From positions 234,290 to 298,289 of the forward strand of contig CAVWIN010000003.1 in NCBI GenBank assembly GCA_963755085.1: 64,000 nucleotides of DNA, in the 5' to 3' direction. The notes beneath the pieces are model-generated. The model did no database searches. It was not told where the DNA came from and saw only the letters and a list, made by a program, of their open reading frames with translations. A program made the translations under genes and the position numbers. Source of the DNA: an uncultured Thermoleophilia bacterium (lineage in GTDB: Bacteria; Actinomycetota; Thermoleophilia; Gaiellales; Gaiellaceae). Below are positions 20,440-32,222 of the stretch, piece after piece; position 1 is the first letter of the stretch; the number at the start of each line of letters is the position of its first letter.

Positions 20440-21205
20440 TCAGCGCTTGCGCGCGCGCCAGATCTCCTCGGCCGGCCACTGCGCCGCCCATGCCGGCGTG
20501 AACAGGTTGTGCCGGCTCGGCTGCGCCCCCGGGTCGCCCCGCAGCTCCACCAGGTCCTCGACCTCGAAGCCACTCGCATGGAAGAGCGCGATCCAGTCGC
20601 CGTAGCCGAGGTGGAAGTCGACCGAGTCGTCGTCCGCCCACTCGAAGCGGTGCATGCCGAAGTACGGCCGCTGGAAGCGGGTTCCGGCGGGCAGGTCGGC
20701 CTCGAGCTCGGGCATGCAGAGCACGAGCAGCGTCCCGTTCACGAGGAGGACGATGTGGCCGCCCGGGCGCAGGACGCGCGCAGCCTCGGGGATCCAGACG
20801 TACGGGTCGGCCCAGATGCTCGCGCCGTACTCGGAGACGACGAGGTCGAACGATTCATCGGCGAACGGGAGCGCCTCGGCGCTGCCGTGCACGAGCGGGA
20901 ACTCGAGCCCGAACTCCTGCTGGAAGCGGCGCGCGGTCGCGAGCTGCTCCTCGGAGACGTCGATGCCGGTCACGCGGGCGCCGCGGCGTGCGAGCCGTGC
21001 GGACACGTAGGCGGTGCCGCAGCCGGATTCGAGGACGTCGCGGCCCTCGAGCTCGGGCAGCACGCGTGCCTCGGTCTCCGGAACGCTCGTGATCCCCCAC
21101 GTCATCTGTGTCGTCCGCCCAGTGCCGCCGCCCGGGCTCGACGAATTCCGCGGCCCAGACGTTCCACTCGGCGCGGTTACGGGCGGCGTGCTCGCTCAGC
21201 TCCAC
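20440..21205 (-). CDS. class I SAM-dependent methyltransferase; frame interrupted near 21104-21112
   Basis: Motif I is LESGCGTAY. The N-terminal segment [26 protein letters not shown] lies in another frame and parallels the N-terminus of the upstream paralogue. Confidence 0.7.
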
Positions 21206-21963
21206 TTCCGCACCGCCCAGATCTGCTCCATCGGCCACTGCTGCGACCACGCCGTCTGCGCCTCGTCGCGATACGTCGAGACGGCCCCCTCGGGCGGCTG
21301 CACCTCGTGGAGCCGCTCGACCGTGAGCCCATGCGCGCGGAAGAGCCGGATCCAGCCGCCCTGTGTGCGCGTGAAGGCGACCGGCTCATCCGGCTCGTCC
21401 TCCCATTCGATCCGCCCGAGCCCGAAGTAGGGCCGGTGCAGCTCGGGGTCGACCACGTCTCCGGACCCGGGCCGCCAGCAGAGCTGCGAGAGCGGCGTCG
21501 TGTGCGAGAAGGCGAGCAGGCCGCCGGGTCGGAGCAGCCGCGCGACCTCGGGGACGGTGATGTCGGGGTCCTGGAACGTCATGGCGCCGTGGTCGCAGAA
21601 GACGACGTCGAAGCTCGCCTCCGCGAACGGCGCCTCGCCGGCGCTCGCGTGCACGAGCGGGAAGTCGACGCCCGCCTCGCCGAGCAGCCGGCGCGCATGC
21701 TCGAGCTGGCGCGCCGAGTTGTCCATGCCGACCGGCCGCGCGCCCTGCTGCGCAAGGAGAATCGACCACTGGGCCGCGCCGCAGCCGTACTCGAGCACGT
21801 CCAGGCCGGAGACGTCGCCCAGGATGAGCAGCTCGCGCTCCGGGATCTGCCACATGCCCCAGCGCGGCTCGGGACGGCCGAGCATCTCGCGATGCCGGTC
21901 CTGGTACTCGTCGGAAAGCGCATCCCAGCGCGCGCGGTTCGTCTGCGCGTCAGGTGACGTCAT
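21196..21963 (-). CDS. class I SAM-dependent methyltransferase (paralogue of 20440-21205)
   Basis: Motif I is LEYGCGAAQ. It shares the C-terminal W.QQWP.EQIW..RK signature with its neighbour. Confidence 0.8.
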   Translation of the reverse strand: MTSPDAQTNRARWDALSDEYQDRHREMLGRPEPRWGMWQIPERELLILGDVSGLDVLEYGCGAAQWSILLAQQGARPVGMDNSARQLEHARRLLGEAGVDFPLVHASAGEAPFAEASFDVVFCDHGAMTFQDPDITVPEVARLLRPGGLLAFSHTTPLSQLCWRPGSGDVVDPELHRPYFGLGRIEWEDEPDEPVAFTRTQGGWIRLFRAHGLTVERLHEVQPPEGAVSTYRDEAQTAWSQQWPMEQIWAVRKWS

Positions 21964-22366
21964 TGCCGAACCAGAGAGCGATCTCGCGCTGCGCGGACTC
22001 CGGCGAGTCCGAGCCGTGCACGAGGTTGTCCGGCATCGAGAGCGCGAGGTCGCCGCGGATCGTGCCCGGCGCGGCGCCGGCCGGGTTGGTGCCGCCCATC
22101 GTCGTGCGCACCACGGCGATCGCGCCCTCGCCCTCGAGCACGAGGGCGAGCGTCGGCGACGAGGTGATGAACGCGACGAGCTCGCCGAAGAACGGCTTCT
22201 CGGCGTGCTCGGCGTAGTGCTCGCGCGCGAGCGCGTCGTCGACCTGGACGAGCCTGGCGGCGCGGATCGTGAGCCCGCGCGCCTCGAAGCGTGCGAGGAT
22301 CTCGCCAGCGAGGCGACGCTGCATCGCGTCCGGCTTGATCAGGACGAGGGTGCGTTCCGCAGCCAT
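21950..22366 (-). CDS. ndk: nucleoside-diphosphate kinase
   Basis: [10 protein letters not shown] and the active-site sequence NLVHGSDS are present. Confidence 0.95.
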   Translation of the reverse strand: MAAERTLVLIKPDAMQRRLAGEILARFEARGLTIRAARLVQVDDALAREHYAEHAEKPFFGELVAFITSSPTLALVLEGEGAIAVVRTTMGGTNPAGAAPGTIRGDLALSMPDNLVHGSDSPESAQREIALWFGNDVT

Positions 22367-22378
22367 GAGGGCGAGACT

Positions 22379-22954
22379 CTACTGTGGCGATTCAGACGCG
22401 CGCTGAGGCGATTCGGATGCGCGCCGCCGCCGCCGCGCGGTGGTCGTCGTCGGCGCGAACTCGATCGGCGCCGGCGTCGCGACAGGGGTTTCGCAGAGCG
22501 GGCAAATCTGCCAGAGCGGCTCGAGCGGCTGCTTGCAGCTCACGCACGCCTGCTTGAGCTTGGTCGTGCAGACGGGGCAGACGAGGAAGCTCTCCTTGAC
22601 GGCGGCGCGGCAGACCGGGCAGTGCAAGTCGTACTCGGCGAGCCGCTCCTCCATCGCCTTCATCTCCAGCTCGCGCTCGCGCACCTCCTCGAGGTACTCG
22701 GGCGGCCGGAAGAGCATGTAGACGAACGCGCCGATGAAGGGCAGCGCCAGCCCGAGCACGGTCGCCATGGCGACGAGCCACGGGTCCTCGATGCGGCGGC
22801 GGGCGTCCTTGAACACCCAGTAGGCGACCGCCAGCCAGAAGACGACGACGAAGAACAGCGAGAGATTGCGAACGAGCAGCCACGTGCCCGAGTTGAAGAA
22901 GTCCCGGACCCCGGAGAAGACGCTGTCGTTCTGGGCTGCGACGAGGGCGAGCAA
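22379..22954 (-). CDS. membrane protein with C-terminal double zinc-ribbon domain
   Basis: It has two N-terminal TM helices followed by the CPVC..CPVC..C..C..CPLC pattern. Confidence 0.7.
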   Translation of the reverse strand: MLALVAAQNDSVFSGVRDFFNSGTWLLVRNLSLFFVVVFWLAVAYWVFKDARRRIEDPWLVAMATVLGLALPFIGAFVYMLFRPPEYLEEVRERELEMKAMEERLAEYDLHCPVCRAAVKESFLVCPVCTTKLKQACVSCKQPLEPLWQICPLCETPVATPAPIEFAPTTTTARRRRRASESPQRASESPQ

Positions 22955-22968
22955 CGAACCTCCCGGGA

Positions 22969-23082
22969 TTAGAGCAGCAACTGCCCGACGAGGTACCCGG
23001 CGGCAAACGCGAGCCCGACGATCGCGAGCACCGCGACCACAGCGAACACGAAGACGCTCAGCCTCTCTGCGAGCGGCCTCAT
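22969..23082 (-). CDS. possible 37-aa single-TM peptide
   Basis: MRPLAERLSVFVFAVVAVLAIVGLAFAAGYLVGQLLL lies downstream of folC. The call rests only on hydrophobicity and frame. Confidence 0.3.
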   Translation of the reverse strand: MRPLAERLSVFVFAVVAVLAIVGLAFAAGYLVGQLLL

Positions 23083-23092
23083 GCTACGCGGT

Positions 23093-24202
23093 CTATGCAA
23101 CGGCATCGAGATCGGCGAGAAGGTACAGCGAGCCGGTGACGAGAACCATCCCGTCGACCCCTGCCAGCTCCCGCGCCCGGGCGAGTGCAGCGCGAGGGTC
23201 GGGAACGGATTCCACCCGCGCGAAGTGTGCATCGGCGTGGGCGGCGAGGATCGGTGCGGCGAGGGCGCGGTCGCTCGTGGAGGCCGTCGCGACGAGCGTG
23301 CGGCCGAGCGGGGCGAGCTCGCGCAGGACACCGTCGACGTCCTTCTCCGCGACCAGCGAGACGACGAGAACGGCGTCGTGCCGGCCGAGCGAGCGGGCGA
23401 GGTGCGCGGCGCCGGCGGGGTTGTGCGCGCCGTCGCGCAGCTCGTGTCGCGAGCGCAGCTCGTAGCGGCCTGGCAGCACCTCCTCATCCTGGAGGGCGTC
23501 GTTCCCCACCGCGCGGCCGAGAAACGCGGCCGCGGCCACGGCGGCCACGGCGCGGTTCGGTGCCAGGCGCTCGCCGGCGGCCTGGACCGCGACGACGTGC
23601 GCGGCGCCGGCGGCGCGCGCCGCGCCTTCCCACTCCGGCTCGCCGAGCACGACCGTCGCGCCCTCGCGGACGACCGCGAGCTTCTCGGCCGCGATCGCCT
23701 CGCGGGTGTCGCCGAGCACGTCGGTGTGGTCGAGCGAGACGTTGGTCAGGACGACGACCGGCGCGTCGAGCACGTTGGTGGCGTCGAGCCGGCCGCCGAG
23801 GCCCGCCTCGACGACGGCGACGTCGACGCCTGCGTCCGCAAACGCCGCGAGCGCCGCCGCGGTCAGCGTCTCGAACTGGGTGGCACCGGTCCGCTCGGCG
23901 GCGGCGCGCACGCGCCCGACGGCCGCCTCGAAGTCGGCGTCGGCCCCGTCCAACTGGATCCGCTCGCTCCAGCCGCGGACGTGCGGCGAGGTGTACGCGC
24001 CGGAGCGCAGCCCCTCGCCGCGCAGCAGCGCCGCGGTCGCCCTCGTCGTGGTCGACTTGCCGTTCGTCCCGACGACGTGGATCGCGGGGTAGGCGCGCTC
24101 CGGGTGGCCGAGCTCGTCGAGCAGCGCTTGCATGCGTCCCAGCCCGAACTCGGCCGGCCATGGCGACAGCGATTCGAGCCAGGCGACTCCTGAACTGGCC
24201 AT
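23093..24202 (-). CDS. folC: dihydrofolate synthase / folylpolyglutamate synthase
   Basis: It has the VVGTNGKSTT P-loop and a Mur-ligase layout. It lies downstream of valS. Confidence 0.9.
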   Translation of the reverse strand: MASSGVAWLESLSPWPAEFGLGRMQALLDELGHPERAYPAIHVVGTNGKSTTTRATAALLRGEGLRSGAYTSPHVRGWSERIQLDGADADFEAAVGRVRAAAERTGATQFETLTAAALAAFADAGVDVAVVEAGLGGRLDATNVLDAPVVVLTNVSLDHTDVLGDTREAIAAEKLAVVREGATVVLGEPEWEGAARAAGAAHVVAVQAAGERLAPNRAVAAVAAAAFLGRAVGNDALQDEEVLPGRYELRSRHELRDGAHNPAGAAHLARSLGRHDAVLVVSLVAEKDVDGVLRELAPLGRTLVATASTSDRALAAPILAAHADAHFARVESVPDPRAALARARELAGVDGMVLVTGSLYLLADLDAVA

Positions 24203-24221
24203 GGACGGCTAGGAAGAACTT

Positions 24222-26646
24222 CTACTGGCCATGCTCGTTTTCGAGCATGGCGAGCTCGCGCCGGTAGCGCTCGAGCTTCTCGCGCTCGGCGTCCACGACC
24301 TCGGCGGGCGCCCGCTCGACGAAGCGCTGGTTGGCGAGCATCTTCTCGGCGCGCTCGATCTCGCCCCTCAGCCGCTCGATCTCCGCGGCGGCGTTGCCGT
24401 TGGCGCGCTGGCGCTCCGGGCGCACGACCGCGTCGAAGATCCGGCGCTCGTCGTCGGAGAGCTCGACGAGCACGCCGCTCCGCCGGAACATCGCCGCCGC
24501 CTCCTGCACGCGGTCGAGTGCACCGGCGTCGGCCGCGTAGGCGGCGTCGCGCTCCGGCCACGGCGCGACGATGAGCCGCGACTCGCGCGCAGGCAGCTGC
24601 GTCCAGATCTCCTCGGTCACGTGCGGCATCACCGGGTGGAGCAGCTTCAGCAGCCGCTCGAGCGCCGCGTACGCCGTCGCCCGCACATCGTCCTCGCCGA
24701 GGCGGGGCTTGATCGCCTCCGCGTACCAGTCGCAGAACTCGTCGAAGGTCACGTGGTAGAGCCCGTCGACGACCTCGGCGAAGTCAAAGCGGGAGAGCGC
24801 GTCCTCCAGCGCCGCCTGGGCCGCGTCGAGCCGGCCGAGGATCCAGCGCTCCTCGAGCGAGCTCGGCCTGAGCGCAGGCGCCGTGTCGCCCGCGTTCATG
24901 ACGATGAGGCGCGCGACGTTCCAGAGCTTGTTGGCGAGCTTGCGCCCCTCCTCGACGGCGCCGTACGAGAAGCGCACGTCCTGGGTCGACGAGATCTTCA
25001 GCAGTCCGTAGCGGACGGCGTCCGCGCCGTGCTGGGCGATCACGTCGAGCGGGTCGATGCCGGTGCCGAGGCTCTTCGACATCCGCCGCCCGTCGGTGGC
25101 GAGCACCGTCGAGTGGATGACCACGTCCGTGAACGGGATGTCGCCCATCAGCTCGAGGCCGCTGAAGATCATCCGGTTCTCCCAGAGGCGGATGATCTCG
25201 CGCGCGGTCGTCTGGAGGTCGCCCGGGTAGAAGTGCTCGAGGTCGGGCGTCTGCTCGGGCCAGCCGAGCGTCGCGAACGGCCACAGCGCCGACGAGAACC
25301 AGGTGTCGAGCACGTCCGTCTCCTGGATCAGCTCGTCCACTGCCGCACTCGGCGCAGGCCTCCGGCGTCGTCTCGGCGCAGGTGATGTGCCCGTCGGGGC
25401 AGTACCAGATGGGGATCTGGTGCCCCCACCAGATCTGTCGCGAGATGTTCCAGTCGGGCGCGGTCTCGAGCGAGTCGACTGCGAAGTCGTGCTGCGACTT
25501 CGGGTGGTAGGCGACCTTGCCGTCGCGGAGCACCTGGATCGCCGGCTTCTTCAGCTCCTCCATCGAGCACCACCACTGGAGCGAGATCAGCGGCTCGATC
25601 CGCGACTCGCAGCGCTCGCAGAGGGCCACCGCGTGGCGGTAGTGCTCGCGGGAGACGAGCAGGTCGCGCTCGCGGGCCCAGTCGAGGATCCGCTGCCCGG
25701 CCTCCTCCTGCGTCAGCCCGTCGAGCTCGCCGGCGTGCGCGTTCATGCGCCCGTCGGGGCCGATCACGGACGGCTCGGGCAGCCCGTGGTCGCGGCCGAT
25801 CGCGAAGTCGGTCGGGTCGTGGCCGGGCGTGATCTTCAGCGCGCCGGTGCCGAACTCGGGCTCGACGCGCTCGTCGGCGATGATCGGCACGCGCCGCTCG
25901 ACGAACGGGACGATCGCCTCCTTGCCGACGAGATCCTTGTAGCGCTCGTCGTCGGGGTGCACCGCGACGGCGACGTCGCCGAGGATCGTCGCGGGGCGCA
26001 CCGTCGCGATCGCGATGGAGCCGCTCCCGTCCGCGAGCGGGTACCTGATCGTCGTCAGCGTGTCGTCGACGTCGGCGTGGATCAGCTCGAGGTCGGACAG
26101 CGACGTGTGGTGGAACGGGCACCAGTTGATGATCCGGTTGTCCCGGTAGATCCAGCCCTTCTCGTACAGGTGCACGAAGAAGCGGATGACCGCGCGCGAG
26201 TACTCCGGGTCCATCGTGAAGCGCTCTCGCCGGTAGTCGAGCGAGGCGCCGATGCGCCGGAACTGGGTCATGATCTTGCCGCCGTACTCGTGGAGCCACT
26301 CCCAGACGAGCGCCACGAACGCCTCGCGCCCCATCTCCTGCCGTGTCGGCCGGCCCTCGCGCGCGAGGAACTTTTCGACCGCCGCCTGCGTCGAGATGCC
26401 GGCGTGGTCGTAGCCCGGCTGGAAGAGCACGTTGTAGCCCTGCATCCGCCTCGTCCGGCACATGACGTCGCCCATGGCGAGCTGCAGCGCGTGGCCGATG
26501 TGCAGCTCGCCGGTCACGTTGGGCGGCGGGTGCGCGTCGACGTACGGCGTGCGCGTCGGGTCGACGTCGGCGGCGTACAGGCCTTCGGATTCCCAGGTCT
26601 CCTGCCAGCGCTGCTCGACGCCGTCGGGCGTGTAGAGCGTGTCCAT
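24222..26646 (-). CDS. valS: valine--tRNA ligase; frame interrupted near 25336-25343
   Basis: The HIGH motif (PPPNVTGELHIGHAL) lies in frame 24784-26646. DVLDTWFSS, RMSKSLG and the C-terminal coiled coil lie in frame 24222-25340. Confidence 0.9.
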
Positions 26647-26703
26647 GGTTGACGGATCCTAGACTCCGGCTCCGTCGTGGTGGTTTGCCACCACAGATAG
26701 TGG

Positions 26704-26709
26704 TTATAC
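26704..26709 (+). promoter_or_regulatory. candidate -10 box (TATACT) for a leaderless transcript starting at ATG 26718
   Basis: This is the only AT-rich hexamer in the valS/26718 divergent gap. It ends 8 nt before the ATG, and there is no SD. Confidence 0.3.
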
Positions 26710-26717
26710 TGGTGCCG

Positions 26718-26987
26718 ATGAAGCGGCTCGCGCTTCTGCTGCTCGTCCTGGCCGGTGCGGCGACCACGGCCGCGCACGCGGGCACGACCCCGGCCCAGCG
26801 CTTCGCCGCCACGGTCGACACGATCCTCGCCCAGCCCTACCAGCCGGACTACGTGCCGCCTGGTGGCGCGGCGGCCGGCTCACAACTCGTCGACCTCGGC
26901 TCGCCGACACGCGCCGAGGCGGATGCCCTGCTTGGGCCTGATCCCTGCGACACGTCACGCGGAGCGCCGGGCGCCGGAATGCCGTAG
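26718..26987 (+). CDS. small secreted hypothetical protein
   Basis: It has the signal peptide MKRLALLLLVLAGAATTAAHA. Confidence 0.4.
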   Translation: MKRLALLLLVLAGAATTAAHAGTTPAQRFAATVDTILAQPYQPDYVPPGGAAAGSQLVDLGSPTRAEADALLGPDPCDTSRGAPGAGMP

Positions 26988-27052
26988 CGTGGTGCGGGCC
27001 GCCTTGTGCGGCGAGGCGGCCCGAAGTGCCACCACACGGCCGCGGCGGAGCC

Positions 27053-28324
<1,272 letters not shown>

Positions 28325-28358
28325 CGACTCTCCTTCTACCTCGATTGACCGTGTGCGG

Positions 28359-28964
28359 CTAGGCGGGTCGCCCGTCGCGGTGAGTGACGACCACGTCGAT
28401 GATGCCGTAATCCTTGGCCTCCTGCGCGGTCATGAAGTAGTCGCGGTCGGTGTCGCGCCCGACCTTCTCCAGATCCTGGCCCGTGTGGTCGGCGAGGATC
28501 TCCTCCAGCCGGCGTTTCAGGCTGAGCGTCTCGCGGGCGCGGATCTCGATGTCCGTCGCCTGCCCGCCCATGCCGCCCGGCGACCAGACCTGGTGGATGA
28601 GGATCTTCGCGTTCGGCAGCGCCATGCGCTTGCCGTTCGCCCCGGCGGCCAGCAGCACCGCGCCCATCGACATGGCGATGCCGACGCAGGTCGTCTGCAC
28701 GTCCGGCTTGATGAACTGGATCGTGTCGTAGATCGCGAGCCCGGAGTACACGTCCCCACCCGGCGAGTTGATGTAGAGGAAGATGTCCTTGTCCGGGTCC
28801 TCCGACTCGAGGTGGAGGAGCTGGGCGACGATCAGGTTGGCGATCTGGTCGTCGATCGGCGTGCCGAGCATGATGATGCGCTCGTTCAGCAGCCGGGAAT
28901 AGATGTCGAAGGCCCGCTCGCCGCGGGAGGTCTGCTCGATGACCATGGGGATCATTGGGCTCAT
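28359..28964 (-). CDS. clpP: ATP-dependent Clp protease proteolytic subunit ClpP
   Basis: The product begins [26 protein letters not shown], and the Ser/His/Asp triad context is present. The ATG at 28964 overlaps the tig stop (ATGA). Confidence 0.95.
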   Translation of the reverse strand: MSPMIPMVIEQTSRGERAFDIYSRLLNERIIMLGTPIDDQIANLIVAQLLHLESEDPDKDIFLYINSPGGDVYSGLAIYDTIQFIKPDVQTTCVGIAMSMGAVLLAAGANGKRMALPNAKILIHQVWSPGGMGGQATDIEIRARETLSLKRRLEEILADHTGQDLEKVGRDTDRDYFMTAQEAKDYGIIDVVVTHRDGRPA

Positions 28965-30313
28965 GCTGGCTCCTTGCTGCCGGGGGTCCACAATTTCGTA
29001 GGGGTCTCGGGAGTTTCCTTCTCGGGTGTCCAAAGCTTGTCGCGGGCCGCCGCCAGCTCGACAGGGATTCGCGTTACCTCGGTAACAATCCTGTCGAGCG
29101 CGTTCCGGAGGCGCAGATCGCTGCGCAGGCTCTCCCAGCGGCCGGTCTCATGGAGCTGGCGGATGACCTCGTCGACGTCCTCACTCTCCTCCGCGGCCTG
29201 CTCGCGGACGATGCTCTCGATCTCGCCGTCCGAGACCTCGAGGCCCATCTTCTCGGCGGCCGCGTCGAGCACGAGCTCGCGCGCGAGCGCCTGTCGGGCC
29301 TCGGCGCGAAGCTGCTCGGTGAGCTGCTCCGGCGTCTGGCCGGTGATCTGGAAGTAGACCTCGGGGTTGATGCCGCGCCGCTCGAGCGAATGCGCCAGGC
29401 CGTGCCAGAGCTCGGAGGCGCGCGCGTCGACGAGGCGCTGCGCGACCTCGACATTCGATGCCTCGACGAGCGCGTCGACGGCCGCCTCGCGGAAGCGGAC
29501 GTCGAGCTCGTCCTGCAGCTGCTCGCGCAGGCGGCCCTCGATGTCGGCGCGCAACTCCTCGAGCGTGTCGAACTCGCTCGCCGCGCGCGCCAGCTCGTCG
29601 TCGATGGACGGCAGCACCGGCTCCTTCACGTCCTTCAGCACCACCTCGACGTCGCGGGTCGTCTCGTCGGCGAGCTCATAGCTGACCGACTTCGTCTCGC
29701 CCGCGCTCATGCCGCCGAGCACTGCCTCGATCTCCTCGACGAGCTTGTTCGCGCCGAGCTCGACGACGACGTCGCGCTGGGCCTCGCCCGAAGGAGCGAC
29801 GACGTCGATCACGACCGTGTCGCCCGCGCGTGCAGGCCGGCCCTCGACGGGCACCAGCTCGGCAACCGAGCGCTGCAGGGACTCGAGCTCGCGCTCGATC
29901 AGCTCCTCCGGCACCTCCGGGTCGGCGCCCGGCACCTCGAGCTGCGTCCAGTCCGCGACCTGGGGCGCCGGCTGCACTTCCACGGTGGCCGTGAACATCC
30001 AGTCGCCGTCCGCAGAGGCAGGCAGGTCGTAGCCGTACTCGGGCGGCTCGACGGGCCGGATGCGCGCGCCGGCCGCGGCGTTGCGGAACCAGCCGCCGAT
30101 GTGGCTCTCGACCGCCTCGGCGTAGAGCCGGTCGCGACCGATCCGGTTCACGAGCACCGGCATGGGAACGTGGCCCTTCCGGAAGCCCGGGACCTTCACC
30201 GATCCCGCGAGATCCTCCGCTGCGTGGTCGACGGCGTGCCGCACGTCGTGGCCCGGAACCTCGACGCTCAGGCGGACGCGGTTACCGTCGAGCTGCTCGA
30301 CTTCCGTGTTCAC
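28961..30313 (-). CDS. tig: trigger factor
   Basis: This is a 450-aa acidic protein with a trigger-factor layout, in the conserved order tRNA-Leu-tig-clpP-clpX. Confidence 0.95.
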   Translation of the reverse strand: MNTEVEQLDGNRVRLSVEVPGHDVRHAVDHAAEDLAGSVKVPGFRKGHVPMPVLVNRIGRDRLYAEAVESHIGGWFRNAAAGARIRPVEPPEYGYDLPASADGDWMFTATVEVQPAPQVADWTQLEVPGADPEVPEELIERELESLQRSVAELVPVEGRPARAGDTVVIDVVAPSGEAQRDVVVELGANKLVEEIEAVLGGMSAGETKSVSYELADETTRDVEVVLKDVKEPVLPSIDDELARAASEFDTLEELRADIEGRLREQLQDELDVRFREAAVDALVEASNVEVAQRLVDARASELWHGLAHSLERRGINPEVYFQITGQTPEQLTEQLRAEARQALARELVLDAAAEKMGLEVSDGEIESIVREQAAEESEDVDEVIRQLHETGRWESLRSDLRLRNALDRIVTEVTRIPVELAAARDKLWTPEKETPETPTKLWTPGSKEPA

Positions 30314-30362
30314 TCGACCATTGAACCAGACAGTGAGCCGCCTACCGAATGGGTCGGACTGA

Positions 30363-30446
30363 TGCGGGCGGAGGGATTCGAACCCTCAAGCTCTTTCGAG
30401 CACCGGCCCCTAAAACCGGCGTGTTTTCCAGTTTCACCACACCCGC
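30363..30446 (-). tRNA. tRNA-Leu (anticodon TAG)
   Basis: The acceptor stem is GCGGGTG/CGCCCGC and the anticodon loop is uuUAGgg. It has a long variable arm and T-loop GGTTCGAATCC. Confidence 0.9.
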
Positions 30447-30501
30447 GCACCCTCAGGATACGGCGCGTTTGGCTCCGGGAGCGTGCGGGGACGACGCCGG
30501 C

Positions 30502-30702
30502 ATGGACACTGACGAGATCAGCACCAGCCCCGAGAGCCAGCACGCACGGGGCCTCACTCCGGACGAGCAGCGCGCCGAGCGCGAGCAGGAGAGCCGCGAG
30601 CAGCCGGTGACGAAGTACGAGCTCCTGGCCGAGGAGACCGCCGAGGAATCCGAGCAGATGGCCGAGCGCATCGGGCAGCCGCTCGAGCCCCGCGAGGACT
30701 AG
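30502..30702 (+). CDS. small acidic hypothetical protein
   Basis: This is a 66-aa Glu-rich ORF followed by a strong hairpin. Confidence 0.35.
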   Translation: MDTDEISTSPESQHARGLTPDEQRAEREQESREQPVTKYELLAEETAEESEQMAERIGQPLEPRED

Positions 30703-30726
30703 CTCGAAGCTCTACCGGTCCAAGGT

Positions 30727-30759
30727 GGAACGACCCGTCTGCGGCACACGGGTCGTTCC
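30727..30759 (+). terminator. perfect 12-bp hairpin after ORF 30502-30702
   Basis: The hairpin is GGAACGACCCGT-ctgcggcac-ACGGGTCGTTCC. There is no U tract. Confidence 0.4.
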
Positions 30760-30874
30760 CTGGGGGTGAGGGGAACCCGGCCCTTCGGGGGGAGAGTTGC
30801 GGGCCGAGCTTCCGACCCATTCATCGGGGCAGGCCCCGAGTCGCCCAATCCCTCGACCGGGCTAGACTCGGTGC

Positions 30875-31279
30875 ATGGCGGTTGCAACGCCCGAGCGCGA
30901 CGAGCTGCTCATCGCAGAAATGCGCGAGCCGCCGCCGCTCGAGCAGGCTCGCGCGTCCCTCGACTACTGGATGCGGCGCCGGGCGCGCCTTGCGCTCTAC
31001 AAGCGTTCCGCGCGACGCGAGGCCGACGAGATGATCCGCCGCTGCCGGCAGCGTGTCGCCGAGGCCGAGCGCCGGCGGTACGGCACGGGCGTCATCGGGT
31101 TCGTGCGCCGGCTTCTGGCGGGCGACACGCCGCCGTGGCTCATCGTCCGGAGCGGCGTGCTCGCATTCGCCTGGGCGCTCCTGCCGCGCCGGTTGGTCTT
31201 CGCCGCGACGGCGTTCTTCCTCGTCTGGCTGCTCGTCGGCGTCCTCGTCGTCGCGGGCCTGATCCAGCTGCTCAGCTGA
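30875..31279 (+). CDS. hypothetical membrane protein
   Basis: An Arg-rich helical N-terminal half is followed by two predicted TM helices. The frame is GC3-rich. Confidence 0.5.
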   Translation: MAVATPERDELLIAEMREPPPLEQARASLDYWMRRRARLALYKRSARREADEMIRRCRQRVAEAERRRYGTGVIGFVRRLLAGDTPPWLIVRSGVLAFAWALLPRRLVFAATAFFLVWLLVGVLVVAGLIQLLS

Positions 31280-31677
31280 CTCGGTTCGTCGTCGACTGCG
31301 GCGTCGTCCTCCGCCTGGCCGAGGAGGGGTACGAGGTGCCCGCAGAGCACGAGCTGCTCGCGCCGACGCTATTGCGCTCCCAGACGCTCTCGGCGCTGCA
31401 CGAGGCCGTGCACGCCGGCGAGCTGACCACCGAGGCGGCGGTGGCGCGGCTCGAGCGCGTCTCGGCGATCAAGATCAGGCTGCTCGGCGACGCCGTCCTG
31501 CGCCGAAACGCGTGGCGGTTCGCCGACGAGCTCGGCTGGGCGAAGACCTACGACGCGGAGTACCTGGCCCTGACGAAGCTGCAGGCCGACGCGTTCGTCA
31601 CGCTCGACGAGGCGCTCGCCCGCCGGGCGGCAGCCGTTGTGCCTACGGCGAAGATCGACGCGCTGCGGCGCCCGTAG
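31276..31677 (+). CDS. PIN-domain (VapC-like) protein; start codon unresolved
   Basis: FVVDCGVV is the first acidic motif, and YDAEYLALTKLQADAFVTLDEAL is the PIN C-terminal motif. No ATG, GTG or TTG occurs within about 35 codons upstream. The CTG at 31276 overlaps the upstream stop. Confidence 0.6.
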   Translation: MTRFVVDCGVVLRLAEEGYEVPAEHELLAPTLLRSQTLSALHEAVHAGELTTEAAVARLERVSAIKIRLLGDAVLRRNAWRFADELGWAKTYDAEYLALTKLQADAFVTLDEALARRAAAVVPTAKIDALRRP

Positions 31678-32150
31678 CGCCTACGCCCGCAGGGCGCGCC
31701 TTTCGCCGGATCGCCATGCGTAAGAAACCGTTCATACGAACGTGCCTACGATCCGCACATGTCGGTTGGGGTGCCATCGGGCCGTCGTCGTCTCGGGCGT
31801 AGCCGCGGCTTGTTGGCACTTCTGTCGACGCTCTGCGTTTTTGCCGTCGGCTGAACGGTTGATCGCGCTCCGGTCCGGGGCGCAGGGTCTCCGGCGGTAA
31901 CCCGCCGCATCGGACGAGGCGGCCGCTCGGTCCGGTAAGCGCTTCGGCATGCTCGGTTGGGCTAGTGGCTCAGGTAGCGAGCCACGGTCAGGTCGTCGCC
32001 CGACCAGCCGGCCGCGGTGATCGTGTCCTCAGGCCCGACGACGCCGCCGAAGACGGCGCGGCCGTGCCGATCGTCATCTTCGTCCCGCCGCCGGTACCGA
32101 ACGAGGCGTCCAGGCTCCCCGCCAGTCTGACCGCCAGGCTCTTTCGTGAG

Positions 32151-32222
32151 TGGCCCCGGGAGGAGTCGAACCTCCGCACGCAGATTCGAAGTCTGCCGCT
32201 CTATCCACTGAGCTACGGGGCC
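32151..32222 (-). tRNA. tRNA-Arg (anticodon TCG)
   Basis: The sequence GGCCCCGTAGCTCAGTGGATAGAGC...GCAGA-cuUCGaa-TCTGC...GGTTCGACTCC folds as a cloverleaf. Confidence 0.9.

Noticed and set aside
30310-30543. Short ORFs overlapping tRNA genes: 30310-30543, 37643-37846, 44263-44985 and 31988-32179.
   Set aside because: They are translations of tRNA genes or their flanks, with no coding signal.
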